From positions 7,433 to 71,432 of the forward strand of contig CAZMWU010000001.1 in the NCBI GenBank assembly GCA_964570195.1: DNA of 64,000 nt, in the 5' to 3' direction. The DNA comes from an uncultured archaeon (lineage in GTDB: Archaea > Aenigmatarchaeota > Aenigmatarchaeia > CG10238-14 > SCSR01). Numbering within the stretch: the stretch's first letter is position 1; each line of letters starts with the position of its first letter. Of this stretch, positions 40,974-50,809 are shown piece after piece. The notes beneath the pieces were generated by a model. It did no database searches and was not told the DNA's origin. It was given only the letters and a program-made list of their open reading frames with translations. A program made the translations under genes and the position numbers.

Positions 40974-41609
40974 ATGCAGGTTTTGTACCAAGGTGCAGAA
41001 AGTCGCATATATCTTGACATGTTTGATGGACAAGAGGTAATAATTAAAGAAAGAGTGGTCAAAGGTTATAGAATAAAACAATTAGACGAAGAATTGAGGA
41101 AATTGCGTACCAGAAAAGAAGTCAAATTACTGACAGAAATTAGGAAACTTGGGATACCCACGCCCAAAATTTTCAGCGTCGATGAAAATAACCACAAGAT
41201 AATAATGGAAAATATCACAGGAAATAGGCTAAAGGAATATCTTAATTCAGCTACAGTCGATGCCGTAAAACAGGTTTGTCTCCAACTTGGGAAGCAAATA
41301 GGAAAATTGCATTCAAATAATATAGTGCATGGAGATTTGACGACTTCTAACATGATTCTGAAGGACAATCAGATATATTTTATCGACCTTAGTCTCGGAG
41401 AGTTTACACGGCGAATAGAGGACAAAGCTGTGGATATGAGACTGTTAAAAGAGGCATTAAAGTCAACACATTTCAAGATTTTTGATGAAGCGTGGGGCAA
41501 TATTCTGGTTGGATATAAGGAAGTGTACAAAGATGTTGGTGCAGTGATCACCCAACTAAAAGAAATTGAGAAAAGAGCAAGATATGCAAATAGAGAAAAT
41601 CCTTTATAA
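40974..41609 (+). CDS. KEOPS-complex Bud32/PRPK small kinase.
   Basis: IVHGDLTTSNMIL catalytic loop; IYFIDLSLGE (DFG-like); 211 aa. Confidence 0.8.
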   Translation: MQVLYQGAESRIYLDMFDGQEVIIKERVVKGYRIKQLDEELRKLRTRKEVKLLTEIRKLGIPTPKIFSVDENNHKIIMENITGNRLKEYLNSATVDAVKQVCLQLGKQIGKLHSNNIVHGDLTTSNMILKDNQIYFIDLSLGEFTRRIEDKAVDMRLLKEALKSTHFKIFDEAWGNILVGYKEVYKDVGAVITQLKEIEKRARYANRENPL

Positions 41610-41640
41610 ATCTAAAGAAATATAAGTTTTTCTAAAACAA

Positions 41641-42117
41641 TTGAATAGTGAAATCATGGCAAGAGTGTACTCGGGTAAAAAAGGGAAATCAGCTAGTCAC
41701 AGGCCTCCGTTTAAGTCTGTGCCAAATTGGGTAAAGCACAACAAGGAAGACGTTGAGAAGCTTGTGGTCGATTTGGCCAAGCAAAAATACACGTCAGCAA
41801 TGATAGGTACAATTTTAAGGGATTCTCATGGAATCCCTGATGCGACAGTGATCACTAATAAATCAGTAAGTAAGATAATGCGTGAAAATAAATCATATCC
41901 GGAATTTCCCGAAGATTTGATGTTTTTGTTGAGGAAAGCTGTAGAATTACGGAAGCATATGGCGACCAACAGGAAAGACAAGCATTCTCAGCGAGGTTTG
42001 GAGAATCTAGAGTCAAAAATAAGGCGGTTATCTAAATATTATGTAAGGACAGGAAAACTGCCTAAGACATGGAACTACAACCCAGAACAAGCCCGGTTGA
42101 TTGTAGAGAGATGGTGA
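41641..42117 (+). CDS. rps15: Ribosomal protein S15P/S13e (uS15). The real start is probably the internal ATG giving [12 protein letters not shown].
   Basis: N-terminal MARxxxGKKGKSxSxRP and the C-terminal S15 helical domain. Confidence 0.8.
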   Translation: MNSEIMARVYSGKKGKSASHRPPFKSVPNWVKHNKEDVEKLVVDLAKQKYTSAMIGTILRDSHGIPDATVITNKSVSKIMRENKSYPEFPEDLMFLLRKAVELRKHMATNRKDKHSQRGLENLESKIRRLSKYYVRTGKLPKTWNYNPEQARLIVERW

Positions 42118-42122
42118 AGTAA

Positions 42123-42683
42123 ATGGTAGTCAAACTAAAAGGCAAGCAATGGTTCATGATTTTATCCCCAAAATATTTTGGTGAAAGAGAGATAGCCAAG
42201 ACAATATCAAGTACAGCAGAATCTTTGATAGGCAAGACAGTCAACCTCAGTGCTGTCGAATTGACAAATGACATCAACAAATATTATCTAAAATTAAAAT
42301 TCAAAATAAATTCAGTCAACGGTGATAAAGCATTTACTCAATTTTATGGCTCAGAATGTTTGCAGGATTATATATCTAGGATGGTTCTTCATAGGGTCAG
42401 GAGAATAGATTCGATACAGGACCTCGCAACTACCGACGGGATGAAGATACGCGTCAAAGGATTGACAATAGTTTCAAAAAAAGTTAAAAGTAGCATAGCA
42501 ATCAAGATAAGGGAGTTTGTATTGGAATTGATAAAGAAACAGGTAGAAGACTCCACTCTTGAGGAATTTCTGCAGAAAATGTTATCGAACGAACTTAAAA
42601 ATAAAATTCTCAGAGAAGGAAGAAGTATATACCCTATAAGAAATTTTGAAGTCAGAAAGATAGACGTTATCCAAGGCCATTAA
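42123..42683 (+). CDS. rps3ae: Ribosomal protein S3Ae (eS1).
   Basis: KGKQWFMILSPKYFGE N-terminal signature. Confidence 0.75.
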   Translation: MVVKLKGKQWFMILSPKYFGEREIAKTISSTAESLIGKTVNLSAVELTNDINKYYLKLKFKINSVNGDKAFTQFYGSECLQDYISRMVLHRVRRIDSIQDLATTDGMKIRVKGLTIVSKKVKSSIAIKIREFVLELIKKQVEDSTLEEFLQKMLSNELKNKILREGRSIYPIRNFEVRKIDVIQGH

Positions 42684-43839
42684 TCCAAGGTATACCAAAC
42701 AGATTGAACAGAAGAAGGCCAATCAATAAAATACTTGTCAGATTTATAATCAAAGTTCCTTTGTCTTTGAATATTTTTGTGAATATCTCGCCAAAAAACA
42801 ATCCGCCATCCAATGGTTTCACAGGCAAAAGATTCACAATGCCTACACCTGCGCTTATCATGAATAGCCAATTTAGGAATGACATCACAACAAAAAATGT
42901 TTTTAGGAAAGCTGACGGTACAATACCATTCAATCCAAATATATTATATTCGTAAGAATTCCGTATACTAACCCCAGCATATGACCTGTTTTGTATTTCG
43001 GGGTGTTCTTCCAGCACCAGTTTGTAGCTTCCTTTACCGGTTGTAATCAGAATCTCATCACCAGCTTTTGTGTTGTTCAGTGCTTTCACAAAATCTAATG
43101 TACTTTTAATTTCCACATCGTTAATTTTTTGTATGGTTCCTTCAAGATTCACCTTGTCTGCTGGTGAATCTTCACTTACAGAATCTATTACCACCCCCGA
43201 CGTGTCTGTGGCAGTACCGAATGCAAACACTCCAGAAATGAAGATTCCAATGGCTATAAGAGCAACAACAAAATTAGCGAAACTACCCGCAGCAAATATT
43301 CTTAATTTTTTCAAAATAGACAATCTTTTTATCCTATTGTTGTCAGGGTCGACGAATGCGCCTATCGGCAATAGCAACAGCATTAGTATGCCGTAATTCT
43401 TTACAGGAACCTTTTCCAACCTAATGAAAACAGCATGCATAGTTTCATGCGTAACGGCTATGATGAATATCGCAATCAGCCAATACCAAAATGGCACAGA
43501 AAATACAGGTCCCGGTATCTGATACCCACCCGCAGTTGGTAAAACCAAACCAAATGTTTGTTGTAATTTTACTGTTAAAACAATCAAAAGAATTGTCCCA
43601 GCGATACCAGTCAATACTCCTAATCCTACACCAATATTCCCCATTCTTGTTATGAATTTAGGATATCGCTTAACCAGCTTGTCAATCAGTTCCAAACCTT
43701 TCGTCCATCTTCTGACGATTATTCCATAGTGAAAATTAATGTTCTTCCTGTCTTTCAGTAACAGACTACCAATGACAGCGACAAATATCAGTAGAGACAA
43801 TATTTCAAAATTTACCATAACATCATTATTCTGTTTCAA
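42667..43839 (-). CDS. Site-2 protease (M50 family) with a PDZ domain.
   Basis: HETMHAV (HExxH) in a TM helix; PDZ-like middle region; NLLPVKPLDGG (the LDG motif). Confidence 0.8.
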   Translation of the reverse strand: MKQNNDVMVNFEILSLLIFVAVIGSLLLKDRKNINFHYGIIVRRWTKGLELIDKLVKRYPKFITRMGNIGVGLGVLTGIAGTILLIVLTVKLQQTFGLVLPTAGGYQIPGPVFSVPFWYWLIAIFIIAVTHETMHAVFIRLEKVPVKNYGILMLLLLPIGAFVDPDNNRIKRLSILKKLRIFAAGSFANFVVALIAIGIFISGVFAFGTATDTSGVVIDSVSEDSPADKVNLEGTIQKINDVEIKSTLDFVKALNNTKAGDEILITTGKGSYKLVLEEHPEIQNRSYAGVSIRNSYEYNIFGLNGIVPSAFLKTFFVVMSFLNWLFMISAGVGIVNLLPVKPLDGGLFFGEIFTKIFKDKGTLIINLTSILLIGLLLFNLFGIPWINGLG

Positions 43840-43857
43840 TGCTTTTTAACTTTCTAA

Positions 43858-43943
43858 TGCAGGGGGTGAGATTCGAACTCACGAAGGTACTAAACCATCG
43901 ACCCCTGAAGCCGACGCAATTGACCAGACTATGCGACCCCTGC
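43858..43943 (-). tRNA. tRNA-Leu(CAG), class II with a long variable arm. No CCA is encoded.
   Basis: Minus-strand read GCAGGGG-T-CGCA...TGCG-T-CGGCT-TTCAGGG-GTCGA-long variable arm-GTGAG-TTCGAAT-CTCAC-CCCCTGC-A. The 7-bp acceptor stem and the T arm are perfect. Anticodon CAG. Confidence 0.8.
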
Positions 43944-43957
43944 AAATCAATACGGAT

Positions 43958-43972
43958 TTCTATATAATTTAA
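43958..43972 (-). promoter_or_regulatory. TATA-like element upstream of tRNA-Leu on the minus strand.
   Basis: Minus-strand ttatatag-like element about 20-27 bp 5' of the mature tRNA end at 43943. Confidence 0.35.
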
Positions 43973-43986
43973 AATTTATTTAGAAA

Positions 43987-44283
43987 TTAAGAAACAGCTA
44001 CACCGACTTTTTCTCGAGTCTCATCCAATAATGATTCTTCATTTGCTACACAAAGTAGTGAACCTATAGGATATTTCCACAGAATAGGCGGTGGAGTTTT
44101 TGTAGTATGATTTTGTGGATCCAAGAACAAATAGGGTTGCAATGTTCTATCCCCAGTGTAAGTCCCCACACCATAAAAACTACCTCTTTTTGTTCGACCG
44201 TCATTTAAAGTAATAAGAATTTGAGCACCAAGTGGAATTCTATCAATGATTAGAGCTACTTTACGTGTATGTTGATACCCCAT
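43987..44283 (-). CDS. Hypothetical small protein (98 aa).
   Basis: ORF only. Confidence 0.3.
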   Translation of the reverse strand: MGYQHTRKVALIIDRIPLGAQILITLNDGRTKRGSFYGVGTYTGDRTLQPYLFLDPQNHTTKTPPPILWKYPIGSLLCVANEESLLDETREKVGVAVS

Positions 44284-44313
44284 AAAATTTCTATTATTGT
44301 TTTATTCTTACAA

Positions 44314-45153
44314 CTATTTAAAATTTACATCCATAACAATCTTCCACATCTTATTTCCATAAGGTAAAACTTTCCTCTTCTCTACGGCTTTCACACTTTT
44401 GTTAGATTTTTTACCAATAGACATAACTAATTTCTCTGCTTCAGAGAATAAGGATTTTTCATTCCCTATGGTGTAAAAATGAATAACACCTTTTTTATTA
44501 GCCATTTTAAATGCATTGTCCAAGTATTTTTCTGCTCCGATTGCCATAGGCATGACTATTCTATCAAACTTTACATCAAAATTCAAATTTTTGACATCAC
44601 CGTTTATCAAAACAATCTTATGTGCTAGTTTATTTATTCGAACATTCTCTTGCGCATAGCGATGAGCACCTGGATTTATTTCGATGCAATATACCTTGTT
44701 AACTTCGGGTCGTTTTTTAGCAATACATATGGCATATGGTGCAACACCACTAAACATGACTAGAACATTCTCGCCGGATTTTACCTGTGATGCGATTCTC
44801 TGCCTTTCGGTAGCTTCTCTTGGCGAGAAGAAAACTTTTTGAGGATCCAATTTCAACAAATAACCATGTTCTTTATGCACAACTTCTGTATCTTTCTCAC
44901 CCGCTATTAACTCCAACTCTTCTAACCTGTACGTTCCTTTCCTTCCGGATACTTTGTTCAAAACAGACTTAACATTTTTATTTAGTTTCATTAGAGCTTC
45001 AGCAATGAGTTTCTTTTTGTTTTTCAACTCTTCAGGTATATCAATTACAGCAACAGCTTTCTCTTCAGATCCTATAACATCATAGCTTCTTGGAACCAAC
45101 TCCAACTCTTCATCGGTTAATTCACCTTGCAGCAAATCCGCAATCGGTCTCAT
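44314..45153 (-). CDS. Trm5/Taw2 (Met-10+) family tRNA methyltransferase.
   Basis: VLVMFSGVAPYAI motif (DxFAGVGPF type); class I SAM fold; 279 aa. Confidence 0.7.
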   Translation of the reverse strand: MRPIADLLQGELTDEELELVPRSYDVIGSEEKAVAVIDIPEELKNKKKLIAEALMKLNKNVKSVLNKVSGRKGTYRLEELELIAGEKDTEVVHKEHGYLLKLDPQKVFFSPREATERQRIASQVKSGENVLVMFSGVAPYAICIAKKRPEVNKVYCIEINPGAHRYAQENVRINKLAHKIVLINGDVKNLNFDVKFDRIVMPMAIGAEKYLDNAFKMANKKGVIHFYTIGNEKSLFSEAEKLVMSIGKKSNKSVKAVEKRKVLPYGNKMWKIVMDVNFK

Positions 45154-45518
45154 GGAATAATAATGTCAATTAACTTTAAAATCAGTTGGCCAATGAAATT
45201 GGAAGTCCAATTGAAGGAATCTATTGCAAGTTTTGCGCCTAGTTTCAAAAATCGGAAGTCAAAATGGTCACTAGGAAAGAAAGTCTTTGTTCCGAAATAA
45301 TAGAGCAGACTAATGATAAATAAAGTTGCGAAAAATCTGCCGACAAGTCCACCAACAAATTTCAGGGTGGGGTTTTCTGAATAGATGTATAAAATCAATC
45401 CTGGAAGGGCCAGTATAAGATACAGTGGCAACTCAGCACCAAATATATAAAATGTTATTATAACGCCAACCACACCAAACAAAAACCACACTAAATACTG
45501 GATAGCTACTTCCCGCAT
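45150..45518 (-). CDS. Small membrane protein (122 aa).
   Basis: 3-4 TM helices; ATGA-coupled to the Trm5-like gene. Confidence 0.3.
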   Translation of the reverse strand: MREVAIQYLVWFLFGVVGVIITFYIFGAELPLYLILALPGLILYIYSENPTLKFVGGLVGRFFATLFIISLLYYFGTKTFFPSDHFDFRFLKLGAKLAIDSFNWTSNFIGQLILKLIDIIIP

Positions 45519-45588
45519 AGTTTATCATTTTCTATTATAAGAATAAGAAATCTTGGTTCTTTTGTGAAATATATAATAAAGGACAATA

Positions 45589-45927
45589 ATGCTTATATAT
45601 TGTCACTCTAAGGTAGTAAATATGAGTGCTATAACAGCTTATGCAAATCGAAGAAACGTATTTGATACAGGAAGTCTTGATCCTTATTTACAGCAAGCGC
45701 AACCTAGAAAGCCGATAATTCCTGAATGGGCGACTAATCAAGTAGATAAGTATGCAACTCGTACTGCAACTGCAACCTCTTTAGCTACCGCAGGATATGC
45801 TCTGGGAAGCGGTTTAACATTAGGAGCTGCTGCAACTGGTCTTATTGGTTTGGGTATATTCGGTTTTCTATTCGGTGGGTTAGCTAGAGCTGGTTATAAC
45901 CTACTTAGACACTACAAGATTTTTTAA
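45589..45927 (+). CDS. Hypothetical Gly/Ala/Thr-rich protein with a C-terminal hydrophobic segment. The likely start is the ATG at 45622 (MSAIT), with a TATA at about 45593-45600.
   Basis: Composition atypical for this genome; ...GLIGLGIFGFLFGGLARAG C-terminal TM segment. Confidence 0.3.
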   Translation: MLIYCHSKVVNMSAITAYANRRNVFDTGSLDPYLQQAQPRKPIIPEWATNQVDKYATRTATATSLATAGYALGSGLTLGAAATGLIGLGIFGFLFGGLARAGYNLLRHYKIF

Positions 45928-45957
45928 ATTTCATAAATGCTTTCATGAGATGATAAA

Positions 45958-46464
45958 ATGGTAATGCAACAAATCCAGAATTTAGAACCGTGGGCTAGAA
46001 GAACTTTGGGAACAGGCTTAGGCACAGGCCTAGCGAAAACAATTATGTCCTCTCAAGATGGATTTAGACATGCTGTAAGAGAAGGAGGTGAACTTGCTAT
46101 TTTAGGCGGGTTTACAGGGTACTTATTTCCTTACATAGTAAACGGTGTGAGAACTGTTTATAATAACACTTATGAAGCTTTTAGAACCCCCCAAACACTT
46201 GGAACTGTATCGCGCTCGGTTACGAGAAATTGGAATTTACTTAGGACAACAACATCTGGGTATTTAGTCGAAACAATTTATTCATTAGTGAACACACCAC
46301 AAATAGGAGAAATAAATGATTTTAGAAATCATTTGGTAACCCATGGATGGAGAGGTGCTGTCATAGGCTTAGGTATTTCTTCACTCCCGCTAGTTGCTTA
46401 TGGCGTTAGACGACAAATCGTAGAGCGTGCTTACAATTTCGGTCGTACACGTGGTTGGTGGTAA
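45958..46464 (+). CDS. Hypothetical Gly/Arg/Thr-rich protein (168 aa).
   Basis: ORF only; composition atypical. Confidence 0.3.
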   Translation: MVMQQIQNLEPWARRTLGTGLGTGLAKTIMSSQDGFRHAVREGGELAILGGFTGYLFPYIVNGVRTVYNNTYEAFRTPQTLGTVSRSVTRNWNLLRTTTSGYLVETIYSLVNTPQIGEINDFRNHLVTHGWRGAVIGLGISSLPLVAYGVRRQIVERAYNFGRTRGWW

Positions 46465-46493
46465 GTTTTATTTTTATACTCTAAATTCTGTTT

Positions 46494-47246
46494 ATGAGTT
46501 TAACGTTGATTGGTTTAGGTCTATTCGATGAAAAGGATTTATCATTAAGAGCTATAGAAGAATCTAAAAAATCTGATAGAGTCTACATCGAGCTCTACAC
46601 AAGCAAATGGTATGGTGATTTGAATAATTTAGAAAAGTTAATTGGCAAAAAAATAATTGAATTAAGAAGAAAAGATTTGGAAGAAAATTCTGGAAAAATC
46701 ACAAAAGAATCTAAAAATGGCAAAGTTATAATTTTTGTCCAAGGTGATCCCCTAGTTCAGACTACACATGCATCTCTACTCTTAGAAGCGAGAAAACTTG
46801 GAATAGAAACAAAAATTATACATAATTCTTCTATCTTGTCTGCAATCGGAGAAACTGGTTTGCATGCTCAGAAATTCGGTCCTTATGTTACAATACCGTT
46901 CCCAGAAAAAACTAAAGGCAAACTACCAGAATCTGTCTTCGAAGTTATTAGAGAAAATAAAAAAAGAGGATTGCACACATTATGTCTTTTGGATGTGATA
47001 GCCGAAGAAAACAAATATATGCTAGTCAACGAAGGTTTGGACATTCTATTACAAGGAGAAGTAACTGATAAAGACGAGCAAGTTATCATTTTTGCTAAAT
47101 CAGGTAGTGGAGACCCTAAAATAGTTTTCGATAAAGCCAGCAATTTAGTTACGAGTGATATATCGGATATACCGGCTGTAATAATAATTCCAGGAAAGCT
47201 TCATTTCACAGAAAAAGAATATTTAGAATTGATTAAAAATGGTTAG
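46494..47246 (+). CDS. dph5: Diphthine synthase.
   Basis: N-terminal LIGLGLFDEKDLSLRAIE...VYIELYTS tetrapyrrole-methylase-fold signature. Confidence 0.85.
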   Translation: MSLTLIGLGLFDEKDLSLRAIEESKKSDRVYIELYTSKWYGDLNNLEKLIGKKIIELRRKDLEENSGKITKESKNGKVIIFVQGDPLVQTTHASLLLEARKLGIETKIIHNSSILSAIGETGLHAQKFGPYVTIPFPEKTKGKLPESVFEVIRENKKRGLHTLCLLDVIAEENKYMLVNEGLDILLQGEVTDKDEQVIIFAKSGSGDPKIVFDKASNLVTSDISDIPAVIIIPGKLHFTEKEYLELIKNG

Positions 47247-47817
47247 ATTAACAGCATTCTCATTGGTTTGGTTATTGTTCTTTTTCATACCTCTGTTTTT
47301 AAGCATCTATGATAACAGAATGTTTTTCCTACCAATAGTATTTCTTATGTCTGAAGTATGGAGGGTATGGACTCATTTCATTGGTGGTGAATGGGTACCA
47401 ACACCGCAAAGGATTGTTGACAAAATGTTGAAAATAGCTAAAGTCAATAAGAACGATACTGTTTATGATTTGGGTTCGGGTGATGGTAAAATCGTTTTAG
47501 CTGCAGCGAAGGTCGGTTCAAAAAGCATAGGCGTGGAAATAGATCCTATAAGAGTTTTGATCAGCAGAATTAAAATAAAATTATCTAGGTTAGACAAACT
47601 GACAGAGGTTGTTCGAAAAAATATATTCGAGACTAATATAAAAGATGCCGATGTTATTACATTGTTTTTGTTACCCAAAACTATGGAAAAACTAGAGAAC
47701 AAGTTAAGAAAAGAACTAAGAAAAGGAGCGAGAGTAGTTTCTTACAGATTTGTTTTTAAGAATTGGAAACCTGTGAAGATAGATGGAGAAAATAAGATTT
47801 ACCTGTACAAAGTTTAA
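47239..47817 (+). CDS. Small SAM-dependent methyltransferase with an N-terminal TM anchor.
   Basis: VYDLGSGDGKIVLAAAKVG motif I; N-terminal hydrophobic helices. Confidence 0.55.
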   Translation: MVRLTAFSLVWLLFFFIPLFLSIYDNRMFFLPIVFLMSEVWRVWTHFIGGEWVPTPQRIVDKMLKIAKVNKNDTVYDLGSGDGKIVLAAAKVGSKSIGVEIDPIRVLISRIKIKLSRLDKLTEVVRKNIFETNIKDADVITLFLLPKTMEKLENKLRKELRKGARVVSYRFVFKNWKPVKIDGENKIYLYKV

Positions 47818-48416
47818 GCTCTAGCGGTAGCTAAAGCTGATCTGTAGTTCTGTGCTCCTCTTAAAAATGAGTCAATCATACCAGCTAAATTCCTGACGAT
47901 GTATGAAGGATTAATTAGAGATTTTTCTCCATGGTCGCTAGCCATTTGCTTTGCACCAGCTCTATAAAGTCCATATCCGTCTTTAGTCTTTCCCTGAATT
48001 CTTTCAGTGTAAAATGATGCTACACCCTCTACTACCGGCTTTAACAATACCAAACCTAGTATCCCATATCTTTCTAAACCTCTTGAATATGCTTTTATGC
48101 TACCAGTCTGGTTTTGCACATCATGAACTACCTCATGCACACCAGCTTCTTCTCCGAATTCAGGATCACTTTCTAAAGTACTAGCATTTAGAGTGAGTAC
48201 TTGATCGTCAGGGGAATACATACCGCCTATATGAGGATCCAACCTTTCAATAGAATACTTTCTGACGCTAGGTCTCCTGCCAAAATAACTTCTCACTTTT
48301 CTGATTCCGCTGGCCAAATAATTGAGACCCCTGCTAACAATATTTGGGTTGATACCTCTGTAATCTATTGGTGCATCCAATTCTTCTTCCATGCTTCTTA
48401 TACCTTCGTCGCTCAT
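47814..48416 (-). CDS. Hypothetical protein with an HExxH motif (possible zincin-like metallopeptidase).
   Basis: HEVVHDV motif; Arg/Gly-rich composition. Confidence 0.3.
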   Translation of the reverse strand: MSDEGIRSMEEELDAPIDYRGINPNIVSRGLNYLASGIRKVRSYFGRRPSVRKYSIERLDPHIGGMYSPDDQVLTLNASTLESDPEFGEEAGVHEVVHDVQNQTGSIKAYSRGLERYGILGLVLLKPVVEGVASFYTERIQGKTKDGYGLYRAGAKQMASDHGEKSLINPSYIVRNLAGMIDSFLRGAQNYRSALATARA

Positions 48417-48491
48417 ATTTACTATCTCTTATTCAGCTCATTTAAAGATATGTGTATACACTGAGAAGTAGTGACAGTGAGAAGCTATTTA

Positions 48492-49109
48492 TTACGGTTT
48501 TCTACCAAACAAGAAAACTATCAAAGCAAGCCCCGTCACCAGAAAAATTATCGACAATGTAGTTATGTCCAAACCACCAATCGAGCTAAATAGTTGAGTA
48601 GGTGCTATCTTTAATCCTGGAAATATCGCAGTCCCACCACTTGATATGAAGACACCAACAACTATCAATGCAACGAAAGCCAGAAGCAACCACAATACGT
48701 TGCCCTTAAAAATGTCGTTCCACATATCTGGAAGAATTCCCCCTATCATAGATACAAGAACTATCAAGACAATAAAAGTCAGAATTACTGCTACAGCTCC
48801 TCCAAAAAACTGGGCTAAAAATTGACTGAACGTTATGCCGGCAGGAGTGTAAACCATGATAAATCCAGCAGCCGTCAAAGCTACCACAACAGCAATTCCC
48901 CTTTGTTCACCAAATAATTTTGTTCTAGTCAACAGTCCAAAGAAAACAGCGAAAACTATAATAAAAGGAAGATAAAATTCAAAAACACCAATCTCCTTAA
49001 GTGTGCTTACCACATCTTGAAACCCTTGAGATAATGCAACTGAAGAAAATATCAAAACACTAAAAACAAAACCCAAACCAACTTTAGAAATATCGGCTCT
49101 CATTTTCAA
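48492..49109 (-). CDS. Paralogous polytopic membrane protein, family member 1 of 4.
   Basis: Shared N-terminal motif with its neighbours: EIG[VF]FEFYLPFIIVF...LLTRTKLFGE. Confidence 0.5.
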   Translation of the reverse strand: MKMRADISKVGLGFVFSVLIFSSVALSQGFQDVVSTLKEIGVFEFYLPFIIVFAVFFGLLTRTKLFGEQRGIAVVVALTAAGFIMVYTPAGITFSQFLAQFFGGAVAVILTFIVLIVLVSMIGGILPDMWNDIFKGNVLWLLLAFVALIVVGVFISSGGTAIFPGLKIAPTQLFSSIGGLDITTLSIIFLVTGLALIVFLFGRKP

Positions 49110-49144
49110 CTAACTCATATTTATTTTCCAAAGATTTAAACATG

Positions 49145-49684
49145 TCACTTGGCCGCTCGGACTATCACAGCTATAATTCCCACCAACGCTATCAACGCCA
49201 CCACAGACAATACCAGGTCTGATGAAAAGCTTATTCCTATTCCTTTCGGAAACAAAACTGTAGCAAGCCCACTAGAAACCAAAATCACACCCCCCACAAT
49301 CAGTGCGACAACAATAACTCCCCCCCAGAAAACCGGTGCTTTCATCCTATCACCCAAATTTTTGGCCAAATCTGGCGGGAAGAACATCCCAGCTAAAACC
49401 AATGCTATCAATACAATCAAAGATACGCTGAATCCTTGGACGAAGAATGCCGATAGCTTCGTCTCTATGTCAATCCCTAGAATTATCGGCGCAGCCCATA
49501 CGAACAAGCTGATGACAAAAGCAACAATAGCATTAACAGCGACATTCTTTTCAGGTTCCCCAAACAATTGCGCTCTTCTCAAGCCGCCATAGATTATCGC
49601 TGCCGTCAGAATGAACGGCAATAAGAAATTGAAAAATCCCAGTCCCTGCAGTTTCAATATTGCTATTTCAAAAACTGTAGGCAT
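49145..49684 (-). CDS. Paralogous polytopic membrane protein, family member 2 of 4.
   Basis: LGFFNFLLPFILTAAIIYGGLRRAQLFGE motif. Confidence 0.5.
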   Translation of the reverse strand: MPTVFEIAILKLQGLGFFNFLLPFILTAAIIYGGLRRAQLFGEPEKNVAVNAIVAFVISLFVWAAPIILGIDIETKLSAFFVQGFSVSLIVLIALVLAGMFFPPDLAKNLGDRMKAPVFWGGVIVVALIVGGVILVSSGLATVLFPKGIGISFSSDLVLSVVALIALVGIIAVIVRAAK

Positions 49685-50235
49685 TACTTGACCTCCTTAC
49701 CCATAGACATCGAGACAATCAATAATATGATAAGTATTACAAAAATAGCAACTGTTACTGTCATCAGTTCGGCAGGTACTTTAATTGCTTTGAGCAGACT
49801 TTTGAAAGGATTTCCGATAATTGAGAATAGTCCGGCAGACACAGCAAAAGCTATAGTAGCCCATACAATCCATGCAGCCGGTCCGCCGCCTTTAAAAACA
49901 TCAGGCAATTTTTCAATTATGTTCGGGTAGAAGAAACTAGCTATAAGGAATGCTACCAAAACAACCACTAAAACTATGGCGCCCTGCGTTAAAAATGCTG
50001 TCAGTGCAGGTACTATGCTTGTTCCCAAGATTACCGGTACACCGAAAACAAACATCCCGGCAACAACAGAAATGATCCCATGAATTACAACCGATTCACC
50101 AAGGACCTTTGTTTTCCTCAACACTGCATAAAGTACTGTCGTGAACAATATGAAAGGCAGTAAGAAATTATAGAATCCTATCTCAACTAGCCTCTCAACG
50201 GCAACCTGAAAGATGTTAACCATTCTATCTTTCAA
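49684..50235 (-). CDS. Paralogous polytopic membrane protein, family member 3 of 4.
   Basis: IGFYNFLLPFILFTTVLYAVLRKTKVLGE motif. Confidence 0.5.
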   Translation of the reverse strand: MKDRMVNIFQVAVERLVEIGFYNFLLPFILFTTVLYAVLRKTKVLGESVVIHGIISVVAGMFVFGVPVILGTSIVPALTAFLTQGAIVLVVVLVAFLIASFFYPNIIEKLPDVFKGGGPAAWIVWATIAFAVSAGLFSIIGNPFKSLLKAIKVPAELMTVTVAIFVILIILLIVSMSMGKEVK

Positions 50236-50268
50236 TAATTTGTTTTAGTAAAAATTTAAACATGGTAG

Positions 50269-50778
50269 TTACCTTTTGTACTTAACCCTCAAATAATCTT
50301 CGAGTTGTTTAATTTCATCATCTTTCTGTTTAAGCTGTTTAAGCAAGTCCATTTTTTTTCCTGTGCTTACAAAGACACCGCCAGAATAGTATTTCTTTAG
50401 CAACTTTGCTCTTTCTTCTGTTAAAGATTTTAATTTCTGTTCGTTACCCTGCAAACTTTTAGCTATGTTTGCACCTTTTCCGATTAATGCCCAAAAGAAC
50501 AGGACTGTAATTCCGCCCAAGGAGATAACAGTCCCAGCAACTCCTATCTGAAACAAATAAGATGCAAGGAACTGAAAAATACCACCAGGGTTTATAGCAT
50601 AAATCATTACCGTAAGTCCAAGTGAAACCAGAACGTAAACAAAAGGATTGTCACCTAAAACTTTCGTTTTTTTGATTGCAAACAGGAGCACAGTAAAAAT
50701 TATCAGAAAAGGAATCACGAAAGTTATCAACATGTTCGTTAAATTCGGTGAAAGAAGATTCTCTATGGGAAAAGCCAT
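50269..50778 (-). CDS. Paralogous membrane protein, family member 4 of 4, with a C-terminal coiled-coil tail.
   Basis: ITFVIPFLIIFTVLLFAIKKTKVLGD motif; K/E/L-rich C-terminal heptads. Confidence 0.45.
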   Translation of the reverse strand: MAFPIENLLSPNLTNMLITFVIPFLIIFTVLLFAIKKTKVLGDNPFVYVLVSLGLTVMIYAINPGGIFQFLASYLFQIGVAGTVISLGGITVLFFWALIGKGANIAKSLQGNEQKLKSLTEERAKLLKKYYSGGVFVSTGKKMDLLKQLKQKDDEIKQLEDYLRVKYKR

Positions 50779-50809
50779 ATTATCTAACTATAATTTGCTT
50801 TAGTAAAAC

